A DNA stretch of 64,000 nt from Alphaproteobacteria bacterium (GCA_965232515.1 CBDDPY010000002.1:5088001-5152000); one strand, 5' to 3'; counted from the first letter of the stretch, positions 1-15,376 are shown. Notes: a model not told the origin generated them from the sequence alone. Numbers and translations are program-made.

Positions 1-343
1 GCGCGTCGAACACGTCCGAATCCGGATCGGTGAGGGCGTCGATCTGATCCTGCGTGACGCCTGCCGCCAGCGCCGCCTTGCTGTTGCCGCGGTTGCAGAA
101 GGCGCAGCCGTGCATGACCGACAGCTTGAGCCGCGCCAGTTCCTTGGTGCGGCGGTCGACCCGGCCCTCGCGGAACAGGCCGCCGTAGAAGCCGTTGTAG
201 TACCAGTCCAGCACGTCGGGCGCGTTGGCCGCGGCCTCGAAGAACACGGCCTCGTCGCGGTCGCGCATGGCGGTGTCCCAGAGCTCGCCGATCTCGGCCG
301 GCATGTCGCCGCGAGGCACAAGATTGATGAAGGGGTTCGGCAT
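1..343 (-). CDS. Carboxymuconolactone decarboxylase/AhpD-like protein (runs off window start)
   Basis: Manual translation from ATG at 343: MPNPFINLVPRGDMPAEIGELWD...RTKELARLKLSVMHGCAFCNRGN; the ELARL..S..HGCxxC pattern fits the AhpD/CMD family. Not in ORF track. Confidence 0.7.
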   Translation of the reverse strand, partial: MPNPFINLVPRGDMPAEIGELWDTAMRDRDEAVFFEAAANAPDVLDWYYNGFYGGLFREGRVDRRTKELARLKLSVMHGCAFCNRGNSKAALAAGVTQDQIDALTDPDSDVFDA

Positions 344-428
344 AGGCGTCTCCGTCGGTCGATGGCGTCGCCAACAGTAGCGCATGCCGCCCGGCTGTCG
401 GTAGAGTGGTCGGCGACGGGAGATTGAT

Positions 429-1286
429 ATGGCGACCTTCAAACGGCCGGCGCGGACGGGGCGGGTCACGCTGCCGGGCGTGGACATGCATTATCTCGAC
501 TGGCCGGAACGCGCGCCGGGCGGCGTGCCGATCGTGCTGCTGCATCCGAACCGGACCAACGCCCGGGTGTTCGACTTCGTGGTCGAGGCCAGCCGTCTCG
601 GCAACCGCTTCGTCGCCCCGGATCAGCGCGGCCACGGTCGCTCGTCCTTTCCGGACGCGGGCTACCAGCTCGACGACTATGTCGCGGACGATCTGGCATT
701 CCTCGACGCCCTCGACCTGCCGCGCGTCGTGCTGGTCGGCGCCGCGACCGGCGGCAATCTGGCGCTGCTGATCGCCTCGCGCTATCCGGCGCGGGTCGCC
801 GGCTTGGTCGTGGCCGATCCCGGCCTGTCGCTGGATCCCGCCATCAACGCCCGGGTGCAGGCGCAGATCGCCGACGAGCACACCTTTCCCGATCTCGCTG
901 CGGCCAGGGCGCGCATGCCGTTCAGCGATCGCTGGTCCGAGGCGATGCGTGAACACTATGCCGCGCACAGCTTCGCGGTCTCCGACACGGGCGAAGCGAC
1001 CTGGCGCTACAAGCAGGCGGCGGCGCAGGAAACGGAAGCCGCGTTGGAGGCCGACATGTGGGACGCCATCGACGTGACCTGCCCGGCGCTGCTGCTGCGC
1101 GGCGCCCATTCCGAGGTGTTCCCGGCGGACAAGATGGATCGGTTGGCAGAGATCATCCCGCAGGCCTCCGTCGTCGCCGTCGACGGCTGCGACCACCGCA
1201 TCAGCCAGGACAACCCGGACGAGATGGCGCGGCTGCTGGACGATTTCGTCGAAGCCAGCGGCCTTGCCGCCGGAGGGGCGCCATGA
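429..1286 (+). CDS. Alpha/beta fold hydrolase
   Basis: PIVLLH, APDQRGHGRS, VLVGAATGG (atypical nucleophile elbow, Ala in place of Ser), C-terminal GCDH. Confidence 0.8.
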   Translation: MATFKRPARTGRVTLPGVDMHYLDWPERAPGGVPIVLLHPNRTNARVFDFVVEASRLGNRFVAPDQRGHGRSSFPDAGYQLDDYVADDLAFLDALDLPRVVLVGAATGGNLALLIASRYPARVAGLVVADPGLSLDPAINARVQAQIADEHTFPDLAAARARMPFSDRWSEAMREHYAAHSFAVSDTGEATWRYKQAAAQETEAALEADMWDAIDVTCPALLLRGAHSEVFPADKMDRLAEIIPQASVVAVDGCDHRISQDNPDEMARLLDDFVEASGLAAGGAP

Positions 1287-2155
1287 CCGCCTTTCACCCG
1301 CGCCGCAGCGTGCTCTACATGCCGGGCTCCAACGCCCGGGCGCTGGAGAAGGCGAAGACCCTGCCGGCGGATTCGCTGATCCTGGATCTGGAGGACGCCG
1401 TCGCGCCGGACGCCAAGGCGGACGCGCGCGAGCGGGTCTGCGCCGCTGTCCGGCAGGGCGGCTACGGTCCGCGCGAACTGGTGATCCGGGTGAACGGGTT
1501 AGACGGCGAATGGGGACCGGACGACCTGACGGCCGCGGCGCAGACGCCGGTCGACGCAATCTTGCTGCCCAAGGTCGAGAGCGCGGCGCAGGTGGCGCGG
1601 GCCGAGGCGACGCTCAATGCCCAGGCCGGCAATGCCGACATCGCGATCTGGTGCATGCTGGAAACGCCGCTCGGCGTCCTGCATGCCGAATCGATCGCAG
1701 CGAGCCGGCGCGTCGACTGTCTGGTGATGGGAACGTCCGATCTGGTCAAGGACCTGCGCGCGCGGCACACCACGACCCGCCTGCCGGTGCTGACCAGCCT
1801 GTCTTTCTGTCTGCTGGCGGCGCGCGCCTACGATTGCGCCATTCTCGACGGCGTGCACCTCGATCTCGCCGACGAGGACGGATTCGCCGGGGCCTGCCGC
1901 CAGGGCCGCGACCTGGGCTTCGACGGCAAGACGCTGATCCACCCCAAGCAGATCGCCGCGGCCAACGAGATCTTCGCGCCGGACGACGACGAGGTCGAGC
2001 AGGCGCACGCCATCATCGCCGTCTTCGAAGCGGCGCAGCGCGAAGGCAAGGGCGTGGCGTTGCTGGACGGTCGTCTGGTTGAGAACCTGCATGTCGAGAA
2101 CGCCCGCCGGACGCTCGCGCTGGCGGCTGCAATCGCCGCGCGGCGGGACGACTAG
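1283..2155 (+). CDS. CitE/HpcH-family CoA ester lyase (malyl-CoA lyase/thioesterase-like)
   Basis: ATG at 1283 overlaps upstream stop; RRSVLYMPGSNARALEKA, ILDLEDAVAP, GFDGKTLIHPKQI. Confidence 0.85.
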   Translation: MTAFHPRRSVLYMPGSNARALEKAKTLPADSLILDLEDAVAPDAKADARERVCAAVRQGGYGPRELVIRVNGLDGEWGPDDLTAAAQTPVDAILLPKVESAAQVARAEATLNAQAGNADIAIWCMLETPLGVLHAESIAASRRVDCLVMGTSDLVKDLRARHTTTRLPVLTSLSFCLLAARAYDCAILDGVHLDLADEDGFAGACRQGRDLGFDGKTLIHPKQIAAANEIFAPDDDEVEQAHAIIAVFEAAQREGKGVALLDGRLVENLHVENARRTLALAAAIAARRDD

Positions 2156-2284
2156 AAACGCCACCCCGGTTTGCGTGTATTCGCCGGTTTGTGTTTCGCG
2201 GGGACGCTAATCGATGGCGAATGACTTGCCCGCAACTGTGCGCCGGTCTAAGTATCTCAATGCGTTAGTCGCCGTCTGCGTCGT

Positions 2285-2312
2285 TTGACTTGCCCCTGCC
2301 AGGGTCTAGAAT
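2285..2312 (+). promoter_or_regulatory. Putative sigma70 promoter of sdhCDAB
   Basis: TTGACT-N16-TAGAAT about 65 bp upstream of sdhC. Confidence 0.55.
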
Positions 2313-2377
2313 GCGGCCTCCGGCGGCGGTCTAATCACCACACCAATTCCGCATGCCGAGGTTTCTGAGGGGGAAAC

Positions 2378-2773
2378 ATGGCAACCCAAGATCGACCTTT
2401 ATCGCCGCATCTGCAGGTCTACCGGCCGCAGATTACGTCGATGCTTTCGATCCTGCATCGTGTCACCGGCGTCGGCCTCGGCGTGGGGACGCTGCTGATC
2501 GCCTGGTGGCTGATCGCGGCGGCGACGGGGCCGGAGGCGTTCGAGACGGCGCAGGCCTTTCTCGGCTCGTGGTTCGGCCGGCTGATTCTGTTCGGCTTCA
2601 CCTGGGCGCTGTTTTACCACCTGTGCAACGGCATCCGGCATCTGGTCTGGGACGCGGGCTACGGCTACGACCTCGACAGCGTCACCAAAACCGGCTGGCT
2701 GGTTCTCGTGGCTTCGGTGGTGCTGACGGTGCTGGCCTGGATCGCCGGCTATGGCATGCGGGGGGCGCTATGA
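2378..2773 (+). CDS. sdhC: Succinate dehydrogenase cytochrome b556 subunit
   Basis: RPLSPHLQVYRPQITSMLSILHRVTG, HLCNGIRHLVWD. Confidence 0.97.
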   Translation: MATQDRPLSPHLQVYRPQITSMLSILHRVTGVGLGVGTLLIAWWLIAAATGPEAFETAQAFLGSWFGRLILFGFTWALFYHLCNGIRHLVWDAGYGYDLDSVTKTGWLVLVASVVLTVLAWIAGYGMRGAL

Positions 2774-3156
2774 GCGACAGTCTGCGCACGCCGCTCTCGC
2801 GGGTCACCGGCCTCGGCTCGGCGAAGGACGGCACCCATCACTGGTGGATGCAGCGGCTGACGGCGATCGCGCTGGTGCCGCTGACCTTCTGGTTCGTGGC
2901 CTCGCTCGCCTCGTTGGTTGGCGCGGACCGCGATCAGGTGGCCGACTGGATGGCAGGCCCCCTGCCGGCGCTGCTGATGATCCTGTTCCTTGGCACGGCC
3001 TTCTACCATTTCAAGCTGGGCCTGCAGGTGGTGATCGAGGATTACGTCCACTCCGAGTGGATGAAGATCACGCTGCTGGTCCTGAACAATTTCTTCTGCA
3101 TCGCGCTCGGCGGCGCCTGTGTGCTGTCCGTGCTGCTGCTGCTGTTTGGAGGCTGA
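2770..3156 (+). CDS. sdhD: Succinate dehydrogenase membrane anchor subunit
   Basis: ATG at 2770; GLGSAKDGTHHWWMQRLTA, LGLQVVIEDYVH. Confidence 0.97.
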   Translation: MSDSLRTPLSRVTGLGSAKDGTHHWWMQRLTAIALVPLTFWFVASLASLVGADRDQVADWMAGPLPALLMILFLGTAFYHFKLGLQVVIEDYVHSEWMKITLLVLNNFFCIALGGACVLSVLLLLFGG

Positions 3157-3159
3157 GCC

Positions 3160-4947
3160 ATGGCCGAAGCCTATCCGATCACCGATCACTACTATGACGT
3201 CGTCGTCGTCGGCGCCGGCGGCTCTGGTCTGCGCGCGACCATGGGCATGGCCCAGGCCGGCCTGAAGACGGCCTGCATCACCAAGGTCTTCCCGACCCGT
3301 AGCCATACGGTGGCGGCGCAGGGCGGGATTTCCGCCGCGCTCGGCAATATGGGCGAGGACGACTGGCGCTGGCACATGTACGACACCGTCAAGGGCGCCG
3401 ACTGGCTCGGCGACCAGGACGCCATCGAATACATGTGCCGCGAGGCGCCAAACGCGGTGATCGAGCTCGAGCATCTGGGCGTGCCGTTCAGCCGCACCGA
3501 GGACGGCAAGATCTATCAGCGCGCCTTCGGCGGCATGACCACGCGGTTCGGCGAGGGCACGGCCCAGCGCACTTGCGCGGCGGCCGACCGCACGGGCCAC
3601 GCGATCCTGCACACGCTCTATCAGCAGTCGCTGCGCTACGACACCGACTTCTTCATCGAGTATTTCGCGCTCGACCTGATCATGGACGGCGATGTCTGCC
3701 GCGGCGTCATGGCCTGGTGCCTGGACGACGGCACCATTCACCGCTTCCGCGCGCACATGGTGGTACTGGCGACGGGCGGTTACGGCCGCTGCTATTTCTC
3801 CGCGACCTCGGCGCATACCTGCACGGGCGACGGAAACGCCATGGCCTTGCGGGCCGGCCTGCCGCTGCAGGACATGGAGTTCGTGCAGTTCCACCCGACC
3901 GGCATCTACGGCGCCGGCTGCCTGATCACCGAGGGTTCGCGCGGCGAGGGCGGTTTCCTGGTCAATTCCGAGGGCGAGCGCTTCATGGAACGCTACGCGC
4001 CCAGCGCCAAGGACCTGGCCTCGCGCGACGTGGTCAGTCGCTCGATGACGGTCGAGATCCGCGAGGGCCGCGGCGTCGGTCCGGAGAAGGACCATATCCT
4101 GCTGCACCTCGATCACCTGGATCCGAAGATCCTGGAGGAGCGGCTGCCCGGCATTTCGGAATCGGCGCGCATTTTCGCCGGGGTCGACGTGACCAAGGAG
4201 CCGATCCCGGTGCTGCCGACCGTGCACTACAACATGGGCGGCGTGCCCTGTAACTACTGGGGCGAGGTGGTCACGCTGAAAGACGGTAACCCCGACACCA
4301 TCGTGCCGGGCCTGATGGCCGTCGGCGAGGCGGCCTGCGTTTCGGTGCACGGCGCTAACCGGCTGGGCTCGAACTCGCTTATCGACCTCGTCGTGTTCGG
4401 CCGGGCCGCGGCCAAGCGCGCCGCCGAGGTGGTGACGGCCGGATCGCCGCATCCCGACATGACGAACGGCGCCGGCGAGGAGAGCCTGGCGCACCTCGAC
4501 AAGCTGCGCCATGCCGACGGCGGCACGCCGACGGCGGAGATCCGCCTGAAGATGCAACGCACGATGCAGAGCAACTGCGCCGTGTTCCGCACCGGCGATG
4601 TCCTGGAAGAGGGCGAAAAGCTGATCAACGAGGTCTGGAGCATGATGCCGGACATCAGGGTCAGCGACCGCACCATGATCTGGAACTCGGATCTGGTCGA
4701 GACGCTGGAGCTGGACAACCTGATCCGGCAGGCGCTGGTGACCATGAAGTCGGCCGTGAACCGGCCCGAGAGCCGGGGCGCGCATGCCCGCGAGGACTAT
4801 CCGGACCGGGACGACGACGAGTGGATGAAGCACACGCTCGCCTGGCTCGGCGACGGCGGCGACGTGAACCTCGACTACCGGCCGGTGCATACCTACACGT
4901 TGACCAACGACGTGCAGTATTTCCCGCCGAAGCCGCGCGTCTACTAG
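3160..4947 (+). CDS. sdhA: Succinate dehydrogenase flavoprotein subunit
   Basis: [21 protein letters not shown] (covalent FAD His), [11 protein letters not shown]. Confidence 0.99.
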   Translation: MAEAYPITDHYYDVVVVGAGGSGLRATMGMAQAGLKTACITKVFPTRSHTVAAQGGISAALGNMGEDDWRWHMYDTVKGADWLGDQDAIEYMCREAPNAVIELEHLGVPFSRTEDGKIYQRAFGGMTTRFGEGTAQRTCAAADRTGHAILHTLYQQSLRYDTDFFIEYFALDLIMDGDVCRGVMAWCLDDGTIHRFRAHMVVLATGGYGRCYFSATSAHTCTGDGNAMALRAGLPLQDMEFVQFHPTGIYGAGCLITEGSRGEGGFLVNSEGERFMERYAPSAKDLASRDVVSRSMTVEIREGRGVGPEKDHILLHLDHLDPKILEERLPGISESARIFAGVDVTKEPIPVLPTVHYNMGGVPCNYWGEVVTLKDGNPDTIVPGLMAVGEAACVSVHGANRLGSNSLIDLVVFGRAAAKRAAEVVTAGSPHPDMTNGAGEESLAHLDKLRHADGGTPTAEIRLKMQRTMQSNCAVFRTGDVLEEGEKLINEVWSMMPDIRVSDRTMIWNSDLVETLELDNLIRQALVTMKSAVNRPESRGAHAREDYPDRDDDEWMKHTLAWLGDGGDVNLDYRPVHTYTLTNDVQYFPPKPRVY

Positions 4948-4965
4948 AGGGGCAGAGGGAAAATC

Positions 4966-5748
4966 ATGGTTGAGTTCAGCCTGCCGGCCAACTCGAAGAT
5001 CGTCGAAGGCACCAAGCATCCGGCGCCCAGCGGGGCCACCAACACCCGCACCTTCAAGGTCTATCGGTACAATCCCGAGGACGGTAAAAATCCGCATGTC
5101 GACACCTACGAGGTCGACCTCGACACTTGCGGGCCGATGGTGCTCGACGCGCTGATCAAGATCAAGAACGAGATCGATCCGACGCTGACCTTCCGGCGAT
5201 CCTGCCGCGAGGGTATCTGCGGCTCCTGCGCCATGAACATCGACGGCTTCAACACGCTGGCCTGCACCTGGGCGATCGGCGACATCAAGGGCGACGTCAA
5301 GGTCTACCCGCTGCCGCACATGCCGGTGATCAAGGACCTGGTGCCGGATCTGACCAACTTCTACGCGCAGTACGCCTCGATCGAGCCCTGGATGAAGACC
5401 AAGTCGCCGCTGCCGCCGGGCAAGGAACGGCTGCAGAGCCGCGACGACCGGGCGAAGCTCGACGGTCTTTATGAGTGCATCCTCTGCGCCTGTTGCTCGA
5501 CCTCGTGCCCGAGCTATTGGTGGAACGGTGACCGCTATCTGGGCCCGGCCATTCTGCTGCAGGCCTATCGCTGCCTGATCGACAGCCGCGACGAGGCGAC
5601 GGGCGAACGCCTGGACGATCTGGAAGACCCGTTCCGGCTCTACCGCTGCCACACCATCATGAACTGCGCCAAGACCTGCCCGAAGGGCCTGAACCCGGCG
5701 AAAGCCATCGCCGAGATCAAGAAGATGATGGTCGCGCGCACGCTCTGA
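4966..5748 (+). CDS. sdhB: Succinate dehydrogenase iron-sulfur subunit
   Basis: [44 protein letters not shown]. Confidence 0.99.
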   Translation: MVEFSLPANSKIVEGTKHPAPSGATNTRTFKVYRYNPEDGKNPHVDTYEVDLDTCGPMVLDALIKIKNEIDPTLTFRRSCREGICGSCAMNIDGFNTLACTWAIGDIKGDVKVYPLPHMPVIKDLVPDLTNFYAQYASIEPWMKTKSPLPPGKERLQSRDDRAKLDGLYECILCACCSTSCPSYWWNGDRYLGPAILLQAYRCLIDSRDEATGERLDDLEDPFRLYRCHTIMNCAKTCPKGLNPAKAIAEIKKMMVARTL

Positions 5749-5776
5749 CACGGCGGCAATAAACAAAGGCCTCAAT

Positions 5777-5808
5777 GCGGCGCCGGTTATCTCCGGCGCC
5801 GCTGTTTT
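5777..5808 (+). terminator. Intrinsic terminator after sdhB
   Basis: GCGGCGCCGG-ttatct-CCGGCGCCGC followed by TGTTTT. Confidence 0.65.
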
Positions 5809-5879
5809 ATGCGCGCGTTAAGAACCGGCATGCGCTGTGCTAAGCTTGCCGAAAGCCGACGATAACGAGGGTGGAAACG

Positions 5880-6671
5880 ATGCTTCTGACCGACGCGCAG
5901 CGCCGCGAGTTCGACGAACGCGGCTATCTGTTCCTGCCCGAGTTGTTCTCGGCCGAAGAGGTCGCTGTCATGCGGGCGGAGCTGCCGGGCATCAACGCGC
6001 GGCAGGGGCCCGAAATCGTGCGCGAGAAGGACGGCAAGGCGCTCCGCACCGCTTTCGCCGCGCATACCTATAACGACACCTTCGCCAAGCTAGCCCGTCA
6101 TCCGCGCATCGCCGAGCCGGCGCAACAGCTGCTCGGCGGCGATGTCTACATCCACCAGTTCAAGGTCAACGGCAAGGCCGCCTTCGACGGCGACGTCTGG
6201 CAATGGCATCAGGACTACGGCGTCTGGCAGCGCGACGACGATATGCCGGAAGCCAAGGGCATGAACCTGGCGGTGTTCCTGGACGAGGTGACGCCGCTGA
6301 ACGGTCCACTGCTGTTCATTCCCGGCAGCCACAAGCGCGGCGTCTATGAGGCCGGCCACGACGTCGAGACCACGAGCTATCCGCTCTGGACCATCGACCA
6401 CGACACCATCACGCGGCTGGCCGACGAAGGCGGCATCGTCGCGCCCACGGGACCGGCCGGCTCCGGCCTGTTCTTCCACTGCAACCTGGTGCACGGCTCG
6501 CCCAGCAACATGACGCCCTGGGGCCGGACCATCGTCTATATCAGCGCCAACCGGACCGACAACGCCATCCGCCGGTTCAAGCGGCCGGAATATATCGCGC
6601 ACCGAGATTTCACGGCTATCGAGCCGCTATCCGACGACTGCCTGCTGCGGACCGGCGACGCCGCCGCCTGA
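5880..6671 (+). CDS. Fe(II)/2-oxoglutarate dioxygenase, PhyH/ectoine-hydroxylase-like
   Basis: HQFKVNGKAAFDGDVWQWHQDY (HxD), NGPLLFIPGSHK, distal VHGS; ATG at 5880 preferred over GTG at 5871. Confidence 0.85.
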   Translation: MLLTDAQRREFDERGYLFLPELFSAEEVAVMRAELPGINARQGPEIVREKDGKALRTAFAAHTYNDTFAKLARHPRIAEPAQQLLGGDVYIHQFKVNGKAAFDGDVWQWHQDYGVWQRDDDMPEAKGMNLAVFLDEVTPLNGPLLFIPGSHKRGVYEAGHDVETTSYPLWTIDHDTITRLADEGGIVAPTGPAGSGLFFHCNLVHGSPSNMTPWGRTIVYISANRTDNAIRRFKRPEYIAHRDFTAIEPLSDDCLLRTGDAAA

Positions 6672-6686
6672 CCGGACGGCGACCTC

Positions 6687-7865
6687 TTGACCGCGCCGCA
6701 GGTCGTCAATGTCGGCGCGCGGCCGGTGCCGGCCGTTGTCGCGGCCCTGTCGCTAAACGCCATGCTGGGCTCGCTTTATGCCTGGAGCATCTTCGTGTTG
6801 CCGGTGGAGCGGGAACTCGGCGTCATGCGCGCGCAGTCGAGCGCGGTCTTCGCCACCGCCTTCATCTTCTTCGCCATCGGCGGCGTCGTCGCGCCCTACA
6901 CCTATCGGCGCGTCCGTCCGGCGCTGCTGATCGCCGCCGCCGCGGCAAGCTGCGCCGCCGGCCTGCTGCTGGCGGCCTCGGCGAGCGGCCTGACGGCGCT
7001 GGTTCTGGGCTATGGCCTGCTGTTCGGATTCGGCTCCGGCTTCGCCTATTGCACCACATTGCAGCTCGTGAACCTGGCGCTGCCCGATCGGCGCGGCCTT
7101 GCCACCGGCGCCGGCATCGCCGCCTTCGCCGTCGGATCGATCCTCGCCACGATCTTGCTGGCGCGGGCCGTCGACATGATGGGCGTGCGCGGTTCATTTA
7201 TGGCGCTGGCCGCGTTGTTCGTCGCGGTGGGCGTCGCGGCGGCCCTGCTGACGGCGGTCAGCGGGTTCGCCCTGCCCGGACTGACGCGGTGGGCCCGGCA
7301 GGCCGACGGCACGGGTCGCGGTGTCTTTCCGTTTCTTTGGGCCGGGTTCTTCCTGGCCTCGGCGGCCGGCGTGATGGCGATCGGCCACGCCGCCGCCATC
7401 GTCAGCCACTACGGTGGCGTTGCCGCGCTCGCCGTGCTGGGCACCGTACTGATCAATGCCGGCAATGCCGGCGGCCGTCTCGGCGCCGGTTGGTTGAGCG
7501 ATCACCGGCCGCCGGGTCACGTGGCCGCGGCCGCGCATGCTTGCGGTCTGGCCGGATTCGCCCTGCTGCTGGTTTGGCCCGGCGCGACGGCGGCGGTGGC
7601 GGCGCTGGCCCTGCTCGGGCTGTCCTACGGCGCCGCTTCGGGGGTCTATCCGGCCTGCCTGTCGCTCTATTTCGGCGCCGAGAGTTTCGGCCGCTACTTC
7701 GGGCCATTGCTCTCGGCCTGGGGCGTCGCCGGTCTGAGCGCGCCGTGGCTTGCCGGCGTGATCTTCGATCGTACCGGCGGCTATACCTTGGCCTTCCTGA
7801 TCGGCGGCGCCTGTGCGCTCGCCGGCATCGTTGTCGCGCTCCGCATACCGCGGCTGCAGCGCTGA
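6687..7865 (+). CDS. MFS transporter (OFA/oxalate:formate antiporter-like)
   Basis: About 12 hydrophobic segments; GSLYAWSIF, PDRRGLATG; start uncertain (TTG). Confidence 0.75.
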   Translation: MTAPQVVNVGARPVPAVVAALSLNAMLGSLYAWSIFVLPVERELGVMRAQSSAVFATAFIFFAIGGVVAPYTYRRVRPALLIAAAAASCAAGLLLAASASGLTALVLGYGLLFGFGSGFAYCTTLQLVNLALPDRRGLATGAGIAAFAVGSILATILLARAVDMMGVRGSFMALAALFVAVGVAAALLTAVSGFALPGLTRWARQADGTGRGVFPFLWAGFFLASAAGVMAIGHAAAIVSHYGGVAALAVLGTVLINAGNAGGRLGAGWLSDHRPPGHVAAAAHACGLAGFALLLVWPGATAAVAALALLGLSYGAASGVYPACLSLYFGAESFGRYFGPLLSAWGVAGLSAPWLAGVIFDRTGGYTLAFLIGGACALAGIVVALRIPRLQR

Positions 7866-7931
7866 GAAATGGTCTGGTCCAGGCGGCCGTGATAGTTTGC
7901 GGCCGAGTTGGGACATTGGGAGGATGCCGAG

Positions 7932-9299
7932 ATGAACCTGCATAAGATGCTGCTGGCCCGGGCCGAGGCCGGCAATCCGGTCCGCGTCGGCCTGATCGGC
8001 GCCGGCAAGTTCGGCACCATGTATCTGGCCCAGGCGCGGACAACCGACGGTATCCACATCTATGGCATCGCCGACCTCAATCCCGACAACGCCAGGGCGG
8101 CGCTGCGCAAGACCGGCTGGGACGACGCGCAGTTCGCCGCGACCTCGTTCGATGACGCGCGTGCGTCCGGCGCCACCTTCATCACCGACGACTCTGAGGC
8201 CCTGATCAAGGCCGACGGTCTGGACGTGTTGATCGACGCCACCGGCGATCCCGGCGCCGGCATCCGGCATTGCCTGATGGGCATCGAGCACGGCCGGCAC
8301 GTGATCATGGTCAATGTCGAGGCCGACGTCGTTGCCGGCCCGCTGCTGGCGCGCAAGGCCGAGCAGGCCGGCGTGGTGTACAGCCTCGCCTATGGCGATC
8401 AGCCGGCGCTGATCTGCGAACATGTCGACTGGGCCCGCGCCGCCGGCTTCAAGGTGACCTGCGCCGGCAAGGGCACGCGTTATCACCCCTCGTTCCATCA
8501 ATCGACGCCCGACACGGTCTGGGACAATTTCGGCTGGGACCTGGACGTCGTGAAGCGCGGCGGTCTGAACCCGAAGATGTTCAACAGCTTTATCGACGGC
8601 ACCAAGTCGGGCATCGAGATGTCGGCGGTCTGCAACGCCACCGGCCTGACGCCGCAGCCGGGCGGCCTGAATTTCCCGCCGGCTTCGTTCAACGAGCTGG
8701 CCGAGGTCTGCAAGCCCAAGGCCGACGGCGGAACGGTCAGCCACGCCGGCACCACCGAAGTCGTCTCGTCAATCAACCGCGACATGAGCCCGATCCAGAA
8801 CCACCTGCAGGTCGGGACCTATGTGGTGGTCGAGACGGATGCGGATTACGTCCGCTACTGCTTTGAGGAATACACCATGCTGCCGGATTCGACGTTCAGG
8901 TTCTCGGCGCTCTACCGGCCGACGCACCTGATCGGCCTGGAGCTCGGCATCTCGGTCGCTTCCGCTGCACTGCGTGGCGAACCGACGGGCGCGCCCACCG
9001 GTTTCCGCGCCGACGTCGTTGCCACGGCGAAGCGGCCGCTGAAGGCCGGCGAAATGCTGGACGGCGAGGGCGGCTTCTGCGTCTGGGGCAAGCAGATGCC
9101 GGCGGCAGCGTCGCTGAAGATGGGCGGCCTGCCGCTCGGCCTTGCCCACAACGTGACGCTGAAACGCGACATCGCCGAGGGCGAGCAGCTGAGTTGGGCC
9201 GATGTCGATGCCGACGAGACCAGCGAAGCCGTGCGCGTGCGCCGCGAGATGGAGGCCGCTTTCGGCCGCCCGAACCAGGGCGAGCAGGCGGCCGAATAG
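7932..9299 (+). CDS. NAD(P)-dependent oxidoreductase with C-terminal SAF domain (homoserine-dehydrogenase-like, COG4091-type)
   Basis: VGLIGAGKFG, MVNVEAD, YGDQPALI, SFIDGTKS, ATAKRPLKAGEMLDGEGG...LPLGLA. Confidence 0.85.
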   Translation: MNLHKMLLARAEAGNPVRVGLIGAGKFGTMYLAQARTTDGIHIYGIADLNPDNARAALRKTGWDDAQFAATSFDDARASGATFITDDSEALIKADGLDVLIDATGDPGAGIRHCLMGIEHGRHVIMVNVEADVVAGPLLARKAEQAGVVYSLAYGDQPALICEHVDWARAAGFKVTCAGKGTRYHPSFHQSTPDTVWDNFGWDLDVVKRGGLNPKMFNSFIDGTKSGIEMSAVCNATGLTPQPGGLNFPPASFNELAEVCKPKADGGTVSHAGTTEVVSSINRDMSPIQNHLQVGTYVVVETDADYVRYCFEEYTMLPDSTFRFSALYRPTHLIGLELGISVASAALRGEPTGAPTGFRADVVATAKRPLKAGEMLDGEGGFCVWGKQMPAAASLKMGGLPLGLAHNVTLKRDIAEGEQLSWADVDADETSEAVRVRREMEAAFGRPNQGEQAAE

Positions 9300-9379
9300 T
9301 GGCTTGCGCTCGGCTGGCGCGCGGGGTTTAGTGCGGGCGATTCAACCATGAGCCAGTGGCGCCGGAGGACGGCCGAACC

Positions 9380-10876
<1,497 letters not shown>

Positions 10877-10892
10877 CGTCCTTTCGAACCCC

Positions 10893-13194
<2,302 letters not shown>

Positions 13195-13331
13195 CGCCGG
13201 TCCGCCGTTAGTTGCGCGGTCGGTAACCCGGTTTTAAGTTTTTGCAACGCAAAAGTGCTAAGGCCGGGGACGGGCGTCGAGACCGGGGGTTGTCATCTCT
13301 CCCGTTCGGGAGACCTTAACAAAGGCTTAGC

Positions 13332-14501
13332 ATGAACATCCACGAGCATCAGGCGAAGGAAATCCTGGCCAAGTACGGCGTTACCGTGCCCCGCGGTCAA
13401 GTCGCGTATTCGGTGGACGAGGCCGTGAAAGCGGCCGAAAAGCTCGGCGGCCCGGTCTGGGTCGTGAAGGCGCAGATCCACGCCGGCGGCCGCGGCAAGG
13501 GCGGCGGCGTCAAGGTTGTGAAGTCGATCGACGAGGTGCGCAGCACGGCCGAAACGATGCTCGGCATGACGCTGGTCACGCACCAGACCGGTCCCGCCGG
13601 CAAGCAGGTCGGCCGACTCTATATCGAGGAAGGCTGCGACATCGCCCGCGAACTCTACTTGAGCGCGCTGGTCGATCGCGGCTCCAGCCGGGTCGCCTTC
13701 ATGGCCTCGACCGAGGGTGGCATGGATATCGAAGAGGTCGCGGCCAAGACGCCGGAAAAGATCATCACCGTGACGATCGATCCGGCCGTCGGCATGCAGG
13801 GCTTCTACGCCCGCCAGATTGCCTTCGGCCTCGGCCTGACCGGCGATCAGGTCCGCGCCGGGGTCAAGTTCATCAGCAGCCTCTACGACGCCATGGTCGA
13901 CACCGATGCCTCGATGCTGGAGATCAACCCGCTCGTGGTGACTGGCGACGGCGCCGTCATCGCGCTCGACGCGAAGATGAACTTCGACGACAACGCGCTC
14001 TATCGTCACAAGGATATCGAGGCGCTGCGCGACGAGACCGAGGAAGACCCGGCCGAGCTCGAAGCGGCGCAGTCGGAGCTGAACTACATCAAGCTAGACG
14101 GCAACATCGGTTGCATGGTCAACGGCGCGGGCCTCGCCATGGCAACCATGGACATTATCAAGTTGCGCGGCGGCGAGCCGGCGAACTTCCTCGACGTCGG
14201 CGGCGGCGCCACCAAGGAACGCGTCACCAAGGCCTTCAAGATCATCCTGTCCGACGACAACGTCGAGGGCATTCTGGTGAACATCTTCGGCGGCATCATG
14301 CGCTGCGACGTGATCGCCGAGGGCGTCGTCGCGGCGGCCAAGGAGGTCAGCCTGGACGTGCCCCTTGTCGTCCGGCTCGAGGGCACCAATGTCGATCTCG
14401 GAAAACAGATACTGGCGGATTCCGGCCTGCCGATCGTCTCGGCCGACGATCTCGGCGACGCCGCTGTCAAGATCGTCAAGGCCGTGAAGGAGGCTGCGTA
14501 A
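13332..14501 (+). CDS. sucC: Succinyl-CoA synthetase beta subunit
   Basis: [35 protein letters not shown]. Confidence 0.99.
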   Translation: MNIHEHQAKEILAKYGVTVPRGQVAYSVDEAVKAAEKLGGPVWVVKAQIHAGGRGKGGGVKVVKSIDEVRSTAETMLGMTLVTHQTGPAGKQVGRLYIEEGCDIARELYLSALVDRGSSRVAFMASTEGGMDIEEVAAKTPEKIITVTIDPAVGMQGFYARQIAFGLGLTGDQVRAGVKFISSLYDAMVDTDASMLEINPLVVTGDGAVIALDAKMNFDDNALYRHKDIEALRDETEEDPAELEAAQSELNYIKLDGNIGCMVNGAGLAMATMDIIKLRGGEPANFLDVGGGATKERVTKAFKIILSDDNVEGILVNIFGGIMRCDVIAEGVVAAAKEVSLDVPLVVRLEGTNVDLGKQILADSGLPIVSADDLGDAAVKIVKAVKEAA

Positions 14502-15376
14502 TGGCCGTCCTCGTCAATGCCGACACCAAGGTGATCTGCCAGGGCTTCACCGGCTCGCAGGGCACTTTCCATTCCGAGCAGGCGATCGCCTATGGCACCA
14601 AGATGGTCGGCGGCGTCACCCCGGGCAAAGGCGGCAGCAAGCATCTTGACCTGCCGGTGTTCAACACGGTTGCGGAGGCGGTGGCCGCCACCGGCGCCAA
14701 CGCCTCGGTGATCTACGTGCCGCCGCCGTTCGCGGCCGACGCCATCCTGGAAGCGATCGATGCCGAGGTCGAGCTGGCGGTCTGCATCACCGAGGGCATC
14801 CCGGTGCTGGACATGGTCAAGGTCAAGCGTGCGCTTGCCGGCTCGAAGACGCGGCTGATCGGTCCGAACTGCCCCGGCGTGATCACGCCGGATGCCTGCA
14901 AGATCGGCATCATGCCGGGCCATATCCATCAGCGCGGCAAGGTCGGCGTGGTCTCGCGCTCGGGCACGCTGACCTACGAGGCCGTCGGGCAAACGACGGC
15001 GGCGGGTCTGGGCCAGTCGACCTGCGTCGGCATCGGCGGCGATCCGGTCAACGGCACGAACTTTATCGACGTCCTTGAGATGTTCCTGGCCGACGATGAG
15101 ACCGAATGCATTATCATGATCGGCGAGATCGGCGGCTCGGCCGAAGAAGACGCAGCCGATTTCTTGAAACGCGCGGCCGTCAAGAAGCCCGTTGTCGGCT
15201 TTATCGCCGGCGTGACGGCGCCGCCCGGCCGGCGCATGGGCCATGCCGGCGCCATCATTTCCGGCGGCAAGGGTTCGGCGGACGACAAGATGGAGGCCAT
15301 GCGCAGCGCCGGTATCACCGTGGCGGACTCGCCGGCAGAGCTGGGCGCCACCATGTTGAGAGTTTTGCAAGGTTAA
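14501..15376 (+). CDS. sucD: Succinyl-CoA synthetase alpha subunit
   Basis: ATG at 14501; [28 protein letters not shown] (phospho-His). Confidence 0.99.
   Translation: MAVLVNADTKVICQGFTGSQGTFHSEQAIAYGTKMVGGVTPGKGGSKHLDLPVFNTVAEAVAATGANASVIYVPPPFAADAILEAIDAEVELAVCITEGIPVLDMVKVKRALAGSKTRLIGPNCPGVITPDACKIGIMPGHIHQRGKVGVVSRSGTLTYEAVGQTTAAGLGQSTCVGIGGDPVNGTNFIDVLEMFLADDETECIIMIGEIGGSAEEDAADFLKRAAVKKPVVGFIAGVTAPPGRRMGHAGAIISGGKGSADDKMEAMRSAGITVADSPAELGATMLRVLQG

Noticed and set aside
2749-5775. 1008-aa antisense ORF over sdhDAB, and similar long ORFs (8912-10906, 28979-31015, 31908-33701, 43113-45746, 58004-60700)
   Set aside because: Shadow frames of strongly GC3-biased genes; no recognisable motifs, and they mirror well-supported genes
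13223-13238. Near-CtrA motif upstream of sucC (minus strand TTAA-N7-TTAC)
   Set aside because: One half-site mismatched inside an AT-rich promoter region; too weak alone
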